Shown piece after piece: positions 1 through 9,066 of a stretch of DNA of 64,000 nucleotides (its first letter is position 1; each line of letters starts with the position of its first letter). Position numbers and translations under genes: made by a program. The stretch comes from Planktothricoides raciborskii GIHE-MW2 (GTDB taxonomy: Bacteria; Cyanobacteriota; Cyanobacteriia; Cyanobacteriales; Laspinemataceae), in the NCBI RefSeq assembly GCF_040564635.1, contig NZ_CP159837.1, forward strand, positions 99,801 through 163,800, written 5' to 3'. The notes under the pieces were generated by a model, which ran no database searches, had not been told where the DNA came from, and saw only the letters and a program-made list of their open reading frames with translations.

Positions 1-8
1 ACCCCGAA

Positions 9-776
9 GTGGTCAAACCCCATCAGCGATCGATTTTACCTGCGGGGTCTAAAGTCTTACATGAACTCTATCAACTCGGTCTGGATCAAGACGCCTGGAC
101 TTTGTGGCAAAAAGAATTTAAGAACCGCATCAACCCCACTGTTCCCGAACAATTTACCGATGGCGTAATCCGGATCGGCATCGGCGACAACTTAGATGGG
201 ATGTTCATGCTTTCTAGTTTATCGCAGCGAACTAAACCGGAAGAAATTGCCCAATATCAGGAACTCAGAAAAACCACCCTCTATGGAGAAGCCCTTTATC
301 CATTTCCCTATCAGGATATAATTCTCAACTGGTCAAACCAGCGACAACTCAACCCCCTACTGGTGACAGCCTTAATCCGCCAAGAATCTCGATTTATGCC
401 CAAAATTAAATCCTGGGTTGGGGCGACCGGACTAATGCAAGTGATGCCCGAAACTGGGGAATGGATTGCCAGCAAAATCAACGTTAAAGAATATAACCTA
501 GAAAAACCAGAAGACAACATTAAATTCGGGACTTGGTACTTAGACTATACCCATCGAGAATATCAAAATAACTCTATGTTGGCAGTCGCCAGTTACAATG
601 CTGGTCCCGGTAGTGTTGCCGACTGGTTAAAGCGATTTGGCTGGAACGATCCCGATGAATTTCACGAAAAAATCCCTTTTCCAGAAACTAAAGGGTATGT
701 CGAGCACGTCTTTGGCAATTACTGGAATTATCTGAGACTTTATAATCCAGAAGTAGCTAAACGCTTAAATCCTTAA
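9..776 (+). CDS. Lytic transglycosylase (SLT domain), probably 5'-truncated by the window edge
   Basis: The reading frame is open to base 1. It carries the SLT catalytic-region motifs (ALIRQESRF, GATGLMQVMPETGEW, AVASYNAGPGSV). Confidence 0.8.
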   Translation: MVKPHQRSILPAGSKVLHELYQLGLDQDAWTLWQKEFKNRINPTVPEQFTDGVIRIGIGDNLDGMFMLSSLSQRTKPEEIAQYQELRKTTLYGEALYPFPYQDIILNWSNQRQLNPLLVTALIRQESRFMPKIKSWVGATGLMQVMPETGEWIASKINVKEYNLEKPEDNIKFGTWYLDYTHREYQNNSMLAVASYNAGPGSVADWLKRFGWNDPDEFHEKIPFPETKGYVEHVFGNYWNYLRLYNPEVAKRLNP

Positions 777-975
777 TTGTTCTGCGATCGCCCAAAAAAT
801 CTCCTCATCTTTTCCGCAGCGAGGGGCGCTTGGACGTAGCGCCCCTACATAATCTGTTGATTTGCTTCTTTGGGCGCAATGCTTGCGCTCCTAGATAAGT
901 TATATTAATCTAAAAAATATTACCAATTTCAAAATAATCCAGAGTCGGTTTTAACCGACTTGCGCTATTAGCCGG

Positions 976-1222
976 GGGTTTTAACCCCTGGGGATTTATC
1001 TACCCCCGCAATTAACCGACGATTGCGGGGATTAAAATCCCCGTAGGGGTCAACGGCCGTTGACCCCTACAGTCGGTTAAAGGGGTTTTAACCCCCGGGG
1101 ATTTATGTACCCCCGCAATTAACCGACGATTGCGGGGATTAAAATCCCCGTAGGGGTCAACGGCCGTTGACCCCTACAGTCGGTTAAAGGGGTTTTAACC
1201 CCCGGGGATTTATCTACCCCCT
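976..1222. repeat. Tandem ~108-bp stacked-palindrome elements (about 2.3 copies)
   Basis: Each unit holds several perfect hairpins, e.g. GTAGGGGTCAACGGCCGTTGACCCCTAC and CCCCGCAAT..ATTGCGGGG. There are no unique spacers between units. Confidence 0.9.
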
Positions 1223-1242
1223 TTACCGATCTTCATTCTCTG

Positions 1243-3564
1243 CTATTCTGCTTCACCAATTAAAGTAAACGCCGCCCAAAAAGAAGGATTGGGATATTGA
1301 TTTTTCATCGTTAACATCGCCTGTCGTAACGCTTGGGCTTTGTTCGGTGTCGTCTGTAAGTTCTGATAAAATTGTACCATCAATTGAGAGGTTGTTCGAT
1401 CATCTACAGCCCATAACGACATCACTAAACTCGGAACTCCTGCATTCAAAAACGAACGAGATAACCCAATCATCCCATCCCCGGTTAACTGTCCAAGTCC
1501 AGTGTCACAGGCACTTAAAACCACTAATTCTGCATTTAATTTTAAGTCAAAAATTTCATCCGCCGTTAATAATCCATCCTCCGAACCCCCAGGAGTTAAC
1601 GCTACGCCACTATTTAAAGGTTGAATATTATCAACAAATCCGTGAGTAGCAAAATGAATAATTCGAGCAGTTTTCAAGCGTTCAACTACCGTTGATTCTG
1701 TTGCATTGGCTCCAATTAAAGCCGAAGTATTGAACATTTTAGCAATCTCAATCGCTTCTTTTTCAGCATAGTGAAGGGGGGCTAACGGTTTAGGTTCTTC
1801 CCCTGGACTCGGTGCAAGTTTCGGCATTTGCGGATTACCCACAATCACAATATCTTGGGCAGAAGAAGATAAATTTTGCCGTTGTTTGTGAGTCGTTTCT
1901 AACACAGTAATGGCAGGAGACATTACAATTGTATGTTTTTCAATTAAGAATTTTCCTTCTTCATCTACCAAAGCAGCAAAAGGTAGATAAAATAAAGCAT
2001 CTGTGGGAACAAAAATCACTCGTTCATCTGGGTTAGTCGGTAATAAATCTTCAATGGGTTTAATTAACAGTTTATGGAGTTCTTTTAACTCTCGATATTG
2101 ATGCGGATTAATATCGATATTCTGTGCTTCTCTTAGAGCATCAGCTTGGGAATTAAATAGAGGACTGCTTGTCAAATTAGAACGAGTTACATTAGAACTA
2201 GCTGAAGCGTTAATAAAATCACTTTTACAGGCATCATTACCAAAGCAACGCGCTGCGAAAATGAGATGACCTAGAGAGGTGTTTTGTTCTTGCCAAAGAA
2301 GTTTAAGATCGGCTTGTCTAAACTCAACTTCTCCAGTGGGCTTAATTACCCAAATATATAATTCTGATTCTCGGTTTTGTTGTTTACGTGAAAATTCATC
2401 GCCAATCCTAGAATATTGAGCAATTGTTGCATTTTGTTGTCGAGCAATGGCTTGGATTTGGGCTAAAGAAACAACCGGAGAAAAGGGTTCTGAATTGGGG
2501 TTGAATCGTTGAGTTAATAACTCGACTAACGCTCTCCCCCGACCTCGTTCAGAAACTTCTAAAGCTGGCTCAGTTTTATTTTGAGCAATTAAAACTTGTT
2601 GAAGCAGATTATAGGAATTGCGTTGAGTGTCGGAAAGAGATACTTTATCGAGGTCGTCTTGAATTCCTTGTCGCAGAGATTCCTTAACTTCGAGACTAGA
2701 AAACAGATATTTTTCATGTTCAGGAAAATTCTTCAATTTAAACAAAGCAAGACCCAAATTATTGAGAGCACTTCCTTCTATATTGCGATCGCCGATTTCA
2801 CGGGCAATAGTTAAAGACGGTTGATAAAACTCAATTGCTTTTTGATATTGTCCTAAGTTATCGTAAGCATTACCCAAATTACCGAGAGAATTTCCTTCTC
2901 CATTGCGATCGCCGATTTCACGGGCAATAGTTAAAGACTGTTGATAAAACTCAATTGCTTTTTGATATTGTCCTAAGCTATTGTAAGCATTACCCAAACC
3001 TATGAGAGCTTTTCCTTCTCCATTGCGATCGCCGATTTCACGGGCAAGAGTTAAAGACTGTTGATAAAACTCTTCTGCTGCTTTTTGATATTGTTCTAAG
3101 CTATAGTAAGCATTACCCAAATTACCGAGAGAATTTCCTTCTCCATTGCGATCGCCGATTTCACGGGCAAGAGTTAAAGACTGTTGATAAAACTCAATTG
3201 CTTTTTGATATTGTTCTAAGCTATAGTAAGCATTACCCAAATTACCGAGAGAATTTCCTTCGCCATTGCGATCGCCGATTTCACGGGCAATAGTTAAAGA
3301 CTGTTGATAAAACTCAATTGCTTTTTGATATTGTCCTAAGCTATCGTAAACATTACCCAAATTATTGAGAGCAGTTCCTTCTATATTGCGATCGCCGATT
3401 TCACGATAAATGTTTAATGCAGTTTCTAAAGACTGAATTGCGGCTTGGTATTGGCTAGTTGTATATTGTTGTCTTCCCTGCTCTAATAATCGGTCTGCTT
3501 CGGCTTTTCGTTCTGTAACTGTTTGGGCGAATACTCCATTACCCATCTCAAATTTTTTCCCCAA
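1243..3564 (-). CDS. TPR-repeat + CHAT-domain (caspase-like) protein, intact copy A
   Basis: The N-terminal half is built of 40-aa TPR-like repeats (EGNSLGNLGNAY..YQKAIEFYQQSLT..AREIGDRNG). The C-terminal CHAT domain has the His/Cys dyad context IIHFATHG and LVVLSACDTGLG. Confidence 0.85.
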   Translation of the reverse strand: MGKKFEMGNGVFAQTVTERKAEADRLLEQGRQQYTTSQYQAAIQSLETALNIYREIGDRNIEGTALNNLGNVYDSLGQYQKAIEFYQQSLTIAREIGDRNGEGNSLGNLGNAYYSLEQYQKAIEFYQQSLTLAREIGDRNGEGNSLGNLGNAYYSLEQYQKAAEEFYQQSLTLAREIGDRNGEGKALIGLGNAYNSLGQYQKAIEFYQQSLTIAREIGDRNGEGNSLGNLGNAYDNLGQYQKAIEFYQPSLTIAREIGDRNIEGSALNNLGLALFKLKNFPEHEKYLFSSLEVKESLRQGIQDDLDKVSLSDTQRNSYNLLQQVLIAQNKTEPALEVSERGRGRALVELLTQRFNPNSEPFSPVVSLAQIQAIARQQNATIAQYSRIGDEFSRKQQNRESELYIWVIKPTGEVEFRQADLKLLWQEQNTSLGHLIFAARCFGNDACKSDFINASASSNVTRSNLTSSPLFNSQADALREAQNIDINPHQYRELKELHKLLIKPIEDLLPTNPDERVIFVPTDALFYLPFAALVDEEGKFLIEKHTIVMSPAITVLETTHKQRQNLSSSAQDIVIVGNPQMPKLAPSPGEEPKPLAPLHYAEKEAIEIAKMFNTSALIGANATESTVVERLKTARIIHFATHGFVDNIQPLNSGVALTPGGSEDGLLTADEIFDLKLNAELVVLSACDTGLGQLTGDGMIGLSRSFLNAGVPSLVMSLWAVDDRTTSQLMVQFYQNLQTTPNKAQALRQAMLTMKNQYPNPSFWAAFTLIGEAE
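2760..3420. repeat. Five near-identical ~120-bp coding repeats (TPR units) inside the CHAT gene
   Basis: The block ttgcgatcgccgatttcacgggcaa(t/g)agttaaagactgttgataaaactc... recurs with a 120-bp period. Copy B has fewer units. Confidence 0.8.
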
Positions 3565-4239
3565 TAGGAGTGGGGAGGGAATTGTTAGGGTTAAACTTGC
3601 TAATAAAGTGAATAAAGTTGTTAATCCTAGACGCGGGTTAATGGTACTGGGGTAGATACTTCAGGTATTAGTATCAATTTAACCTCGTTTTTGGCGAGCG
3701 GCAAGATTATTAAAAAATTGTTATTAAAGTTATTAAAATTTTACATTTTTTTTACCTATCTGCCAGGGAGGGCGGGTTGCTACCTCTTCGCACTTGCGCC
3801 CTGCCTTCCCTGAAACTTTTGTGAATTGGGCATGGCATCTTATTAATGTATGGCGGTAGTCTCGTGGTATAGGACACTTACCAAGCCAAAAGAACTAATA
3901 CCAATTTCAAAAATTATTGCTACAATTTCGGGGTTAATTGGGGCGCTTGCGCTCCTGCCCATTGCGCGGTGGGCGCTTGGACGTAGCCCCCTACCCACTA
4001 CCAATAACTACAGCGATCGCTTATTTGATTGTCCCGGATGTGGTGGGTTACGGCGGAGGAAGCTAAATATTGAAATGTTTTCCGCCAAATTTTCACCGCC
4101 TAACCCACCCTATTAATAACTGCTATAGCAAAATAAAGATGTCGATCCCCCCAACCCCCTCCCCCCTGCCCGTTCGCGAAGCGTGCCGGAGGCATTTGGC
4201 GGTCAAACGGGGGTGAGGGGCTTTGCACGAATTTTGCAA

Positions 4240-4600
4240 GAAGTCTAATATCTTTTGCAGAAGAAGATAAATTTTGCCGTTGTTTGTGAGTTGTTTCTAA
4301 CACAGTAATGGCAGGAGACATTAAAATTGTATGTTTTTCAATTAAAAATTGTCCTTCTTCATCTACCAAGGCAGCAAAAGGTAGATAAAATAAAGAATCT
4401 GTGGAAACAAAAATCACTCGTTCATCCGGGTTAGTGGGTAATAAATTTTCAACTGGTTTAATTAACAGTTGATTTCTTGTAATTCTCGATATTGAGGCGG
4501 ATTAATATGGACATATCGACATTTTGTCTGGCTTGTTCCCGCTCATCAGCCCTGGAATTAAATAAATAACTGCCTTCCAAATTAGAGGAGAGAGGAGAGA
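4240..4600 (-). pseudogene. Internal fragment of a third CHAT-domain gene copy
   Basis: ORF 4100-4417 encodes ...VSTDSLFYLPFAALVDEEGQFLIEKHTILMSPAITVLETTHKQRQNLSSSA, which matches the middle of copy A. The flanking DNA matches 1860-2190. Confidence 0.75.
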
Positions 4601-4699
4601 GGAGAGAGGAGAGAGAATATCTTTCCTATTTACTCTTTCCTATGCCTCCTCTTTCCTCTTTCCTATAATGAAGTCTGTAGTGAATTTATTTATATCGGT

Positions 4700-6583
4700 T
4701 TATAAGATCGTCTTCAAACTTTCCGCTTGTTTATTCAAAGTTTCTACTCCCTGCTTAGTATAACTGATAGCTTTCACACTTTCCGCCGATTTTTGGTTCA
4801 GATCGACCATAATATGCACCAGTTCTTCCATAGAAACTGCTTGTTTTTTCGCATTAAAAGACATTTGTTGATTACTAATAAACACCTCATTGGCTGCCTG
4901 CCGCACGCCACTAAAAGCTTGAGCCGCTTGTTCCGCAATAGTCATCCCAGTTTCCAGGGTTTTTGCCCCCGCTTGGGTGGCTTGAACCGTAGCCGCGATC
5001 GCCCCTTGAAGTTCTGGCACGATCGCATTAATATTTTCTGCTGCCTTCCGACTTTCATCGGAAAGTTTGCGAATTTCGGCGGCCACCACCCCAAAACCCT
5101 GCCCATGTTCACCAGCGCGGACTGCTTCCACCGAAGCATTCAAAGCTAACATATTCGTTTGCTTGGCCAAATCGCTCACCACGCGAGCTAAATTGGTAAT
5201 ATTACCAATCTGAGAGGTTTGACTTCCTAATCGTTGCGCTTGCTGAGAAATAACTGCCACTTTTTCTTGCACCGAAAGCAGCCCCTTCAGAGTTTCTTTT
5301 ACCAAGCTATCTCCCCGATCTGCTAAAGTTAATGACTGCTGGGCATTTTTCGCCACGTTTTCCGCTTCTTGGGCGGTTTGTTGGGCAAATTTTCCCAAAT
5401 CCTCCAGAGTATTGCTAGTATCATTAACCGTTGAAGACTGATGGTATAAAAGGATCTCTTGTTGATTTAACGTTGTCAAAACTTCCAAAGAAAAATTTGA
5501 AATATTATTAATTAAAATTTTTAAGCGATTAATTAATTTACGAATTTGTATAACCGAAAATGGTAAAACAATCGCCAAAGTAATCAAGACAATAGAAACA
5601 TTAAACTTCTTCAAGTCGTCAACTGGTTTAGTAATTTGTTTTCGGTCAGTTTTGAAAATTAATTTTAAATAAGAGTTTTCGTCTTTATTTAAAGGAATAC
5701 CATAAGAGTTAAAAAAAGTATTGTTAAGCGTCAAACCATCAACATCCTGGTTGATGGAGATTAATTTACTGGCTAAATCTGATTGATAATCTTTAAAGAT
5801 TGTTTCATTATGATTTAAATCAAAGCCCCATTGCTTTTCCGGATCTTTATGATATAAATAATATCCATCTTGATTTACTAATATCACTTCAGATGTTTGA
5901 TTAAGGTGGAAATTTTTAATCATATCAAATACAGGTTCAGCGGACACCTTACTCATCAGCATTCCTTTTCTTTGACCCATGACATCAAAAATTGGCATCC
6001 CATAATAAATCACTGGCTGATAAGGAGTAGCGATCGCGCCCCGCTCCTTATTTAATTGTAAGGATGAAGTATAAATTTCGCGAGAATTTAATTTGCTCGT
6101 TTCCTGAAAAAATACTCCATCCGACTTATTTTCTAGCTGATTGGGCGGAGTCGCGGTGATCTTTGTCCCATCTGAATCCACTCTGACCATTTCGTCTCCT
6201 TTTTCATTTAAATAGCGAAGCTCCATATAAGCAGAATTATTTTTCATCGTCGCTTCAAAAATCCCATTCAGTCGTTTTACCCAAATCTCATAAGAAGAGT
6301 TTTGTTGGCGATCGATGCCGCCCGCTTCTCTAGCGCGGATAATTCCTTGAACCGGGGGTACTTCACTTAAAAATAAAAGGTCTTTTTGAAAAATTTGTAT
6401 AAAGTTAACGATTTTTTCCGTATTTTGCACTCCTTGGTTATTCGTCTGCTGTAAATATAAGTCCGTTAAAGCATTGGAGTAAACCGAAATGCTATAACCT
6501 CCCAGAACGAATACCGGAAATAAAATACTACAAATGAGCAGAGACACCAATTGATTTTGGATTTTTTTGAAGAAAGCGTTCAT
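4700..6583 (-). CDS. Methyl-accepting chemotaxis protein with an N-terminal periplasmic Cache-like sensor
   Basis: It has an N-terminal TM segment, a ~300-aa extracytoplasmic region, a second TM and a HAMP. The MCP hairpin-tip signature is present: [36 protein letters not shown]. Confidence 0.85.
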   Translation of the reverse strand: MNAFFKKIQNQLVSLLICSILFPVFVLGGYSISVYSNALTDLYLQQTNNQGVQNTEKIVNFIQIFQKDLLFLSEVPPVQGIIRAREAGGIDRQQNSSYEIWVKRLNGIFEATMKNNSAYMELRYLNEKGDEMVRVDSDGTKITATPPNQLENKSDGVFFQETSKLNSREIYTSSLQLNKERGAIATPYQPVIYYGMPIFDVMGQRKGMLMSKVSAEPVFDMIKNFHLNQTSEVILVNQDGYYLYHKDPEKQWGFDLNHNETIFKDYQSDLASKLISINQDVDGLTLNNTFFNSYGIPLNKDENSYLKLIFKTDRKQITKPVDDLKKFNVSIVLITLAIVLPFSVIQIRKLINRLKILINNISNFSLEVLTTLNQQEILLYHQSSTVNDTSNTLEDLGKFAQQTAQEAENVAKNAQQSLTLADRGDSLVKETLKGLLSVQEKVAVISQQAQRLGSQTSQIGNITNLARVVSDLAKQTNMLALNASVEAVRAGEHGQGFGVVAAEIRKLSDESRKAAENINAIVPELQGAIAATVQATQAGAKTLETGMTIAEQAAQAFSGVRQAANEVFISNQQMSFNAKKQAVSMEELVHIMVDLNQKSAESVKAISYTKQGVETLNKQAESLKTIL

Positions 6584-6880
6584 AACTATTGATTAAGTTC
6601 CCTCTTTAAACCAGGTTTCAGCAATAAGTAGGTGAAGATAATTAATTGCACTTTTCGTTCCCCGCCGATAGGCTTTGAATTCCCGCCTGTAGGAAGGAGA
6701 GAGAATAGAGAATAGAGAATAGAGAATAGAGAATTTTCCTCTTTCCTATGCATCCTCTTTCCTATGCATCCTCTTTCCTCTTTCCTATGCATCCTCTTTC
6801 CTATGCATCCTCTTTCCTCTAATGGGGTCTGTGGTGCATTTATTTCTGCCCGTAAACTTATTAGACAATATTATACAATA

Positions 6881-8671
6881 TTAGACAATACCTTGCAGGG
6901 TTTGAGCCGCTTGGCTGAGTTCTTGGGTGCGGGTTTTCACTTGACTAATTCCCTGAACATTTTCCTGTGCCGATGAGTTCAAGCTATTCATCGCATCGAC
7001 CACTTGTTGAATGGCCGTCACCTGCTGTTCTGCGTTCAAGGAAATTTGCTGGCAACTTAGGACCATATCATTAATCGCATTGCTGACCCCAGAAAAAGCT
7101 TTCTCTGTCTCTTGGGCAATTTTTACTCCGTCTTCTACAGTTTTTGTCCCTTCATCAGTCACCATTACCGTGAGGTCAATAGAATTTTGGATATCTGCTA
7201 CTAATGTATTAATTTTTTCAGCGGAATTTTTGCTTTGGTCGGCGAGTTTACGAATTTCACTGGCCACCACCCCAAATCCCTTACCATGTTCGCCAGCCCG
7301 AACTGCTTCCACGGAAGCATTCAGGGCTAACATATTGGTTTGGTTGGCTAGGTCAGCCACAATGGTGGAAATATTGCCAATTTGATTGGTTTGTTGGCTG
7401 AGTCGCATAATTTGTTGCGCGATCGCCCCAACCTTTTCCCGGAGAGTATTCATCCCTTCGAGGGTATCTTCTACCGCATTACTGCCTTGCTTGGACAAAT
7501 TTAACGCCTGACGAGCTCCGTGAGCGGATCCTTCCGCTTGCTCTGCGGACTGTCGAGCGGAATTATTCAACTCATTCATAGTGCTAGTTGTTTGATTCAC
7601 CGCCATCGCTTGTTGGCTGGTACTGCGTTCTTGCTGTTCCATTGTGCTGGCAATTTCTACCGATGATTCGGCGATGACATTGGCAATTTCCGTAATCGTG
7701 CGGGTAGTGCGATTGGCAAATAAAGCCGCAATAATGCTCACCACTACAGAGGTGATTATCACCACCACAGTCAATACCCAAAACAACTGTTTTTCTGTAG
7801 CAAAAACTTCTTTCGTATCGTGAGTGACAACCACACTCCAGTTAAGGTTAGCTACTTCGGCGATCGCGGGTATAGGGATATAAGTGATCAGTATATTTTC
7901 CTTGGTGGCAGGATTAAACAATTCTTGACTGATGCTTTGCTTATTTTGGGATAACTGGCGAAATTCGGGAATCTGATTCTCAATTTTTTGCCCCACTAGA
8001 CTCTGGTTACTAGAGAGAAATATACTCCCTTCCCCATCAATGAGATGATAATTTTCACTCTGAAATTTTTCCGAGGCTTCCGCTAATCGTTCCGCAGCGA
8101 AGCTCAAGACTTTTGTCAACTCTTTTACCGGCATAAGTGTACGCACCACGCCCATCGGCTGTGAACTGTTGATATTCCGTAAAGGTGCGGCCATAAGAAT
8201 GACATACTCACCTCCTTGTTCTCTGCGTTTGACAACGGTGATTTGATTGGTGCGTTGGACTTGCTGAAAATAGTCTTCGTTGCTAATGTTAGAGACAGCA
8301 GATCCCTGGGTTTGTAACATGACTTTGCCGGTGAGGTCAGAGACCAAGATGCTTTGATACATCCCATAAGATTGGCGAAAGTTTTCCATCAGCGCATTCA
8401 GTGGATTATATGTTCTCCCGGAAACGACTTTTTGATCGTTGAAAATACCCAAACCAGAGATAACTTTCAGATCGTTGACCCGTTCGCTGGTCAGTTGATG
8501 GATGCGATTGCTGATGCCAATTGCCAGAGTTTTTTGATAGCGAATAACTCCAGTTTTAATCGTTGGGTTGGTGATCCAATAAGCGATCATTCCGGTGGCG
8601 ATTACCGGGATAGTTCCCAGGGCGATGGCAAAGATAATTGATTGATTTCTTAGAGACATTTTATAAGACAT
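6881..8671 (-). CDS. Methyl-accepting chemotaxis protein (paralog of 4700-6583)
   Basis: It has the same architecture as the preceding MCP. The MCP signature is [35 protein letters not shown]. Confidence 0.85.
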   Translation of the reverse strand: MSYKMSLRNQSIIFAIALGTIPVIATGMIAYWITNPTIKTGVIRYQKTLAIGISNRIHQLTSERVNDLKVISGLGIFNDQKVVSGRTYNPLNALMENFRQSYGMYQSILVSDLTGKVMLQTQGSAVSNISNEDYFQQVQRTNQITVVKRREQGGEYVILMAAPLRNINSSQPMGVVRTLMPVKELTKVLSFAAERLAEASEKFQSENYHLIDGEGSIFLSSNQSLVGQKIENQIPEFRQLSQNKQSISQELFNPATKENILITYIPIPAIAEVANLNWSVVVTHDTKEVFATEKQLFWVLTVVVIITSVVVSIIAALFANRTTRTITEIANVIAESSVEIASTMEQQERSTSQQAMAVNQTTSTMNELNNSARQSAEQAEGSAHGARQALNLSKQGSNAVEDTLEGMNTLREKVGAIAQQIMRLSQQTNQIGNISTIVADLANQTNMLALNASVEAVRAGEHGKGFGVVASEIRKLADQSKNSAEKINTLVADIQNSIDLTVMVTDEGTKTVEDGVKIAQETEKAFSGVSNAINDMVLSCQQISLNAEQQVTAIQQVVDAMNSLNSSAQENVQGISQVKTRTQELSQAAQTLQGIV

Positions 8672-9066
8672 TACTCTAGATTACATTGATTTATAGCCAG
8701 CGGAGCCTGCGGATTTATTTGGTGAAATTTTTTGCCCAAAAAAAATCCAAGCCCGCAACTACCACACCGCAGATATGTATTAATCTTCAGTGTTTATGAT
8801 AGTCTATAATCTTAGCATATTTAGTTATGAATCGTTAAGTTTTATAAAATAATTATCAAAAAACTTAAATTATGTTACCTGAGATAAAAGCAAAGCCACT
8901 GAGCAGACTAATTTTGGTAAATGGCCGGCTAATTGGGTGACTATCGCCCTGGCTTTAGAGCCTAAAATTTAAAATTAGACCATAAAAATATAACGGACAA
9001 ATCTCGCCTTTCTCGGAGGGAGAGTCTGGGGAATATCTGGGGTCTGGGGAATATCTGGGGAATAGA

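Larger units (their letters stand above)
835..3800. repeat. Left arm of a large imperfect inverted duplication (CHAT-TPR gene plus flanks); partner at 31312-34030
   Basis: The reverse complement of 3600-3800 matches 31312-31503. CDS 1243-3564 (-) matches 31504-33543 (+) at protein level almost residue for residue in the CHAT half. The palindromic tandem units at 976-1222 match 33557-34028. Confidence 0.85.

Noticed and set aside
976-1222. Possible CRISPR arrays at the tandem repeat blocks (976-1222, 33557-34028, 10937-11139, 28184-28357, 63186-63455)
   Set aside because: The units are contiguous with no unique spacers, and their periods (7, 13, 60, 108 bp) and internal multi-hairpin structure do not fit CRISPR repeats. 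No cas genes are present.
1347-1649. 100-aa ORF antisense within the CHAT gene, identical to 33137-33439
   Set aside because: The identical copy exists only because of the inverted duplication. It has no motifs and is fully embedded antisense in a well-supported CDS. The many other short antisense ORFs inside the MCP, CheA, HEAT and giant-protein genes are treated the same way.
3850-4116. 88-aa ORF between CHAT copy A and the CHAT fragment
   Set aside because: It is built from pieces of the dispersed repeat (the GGGCGCTTGGACGTAGC motif shared with 826-863) and has no recognizable domain. It is probably non-coding.
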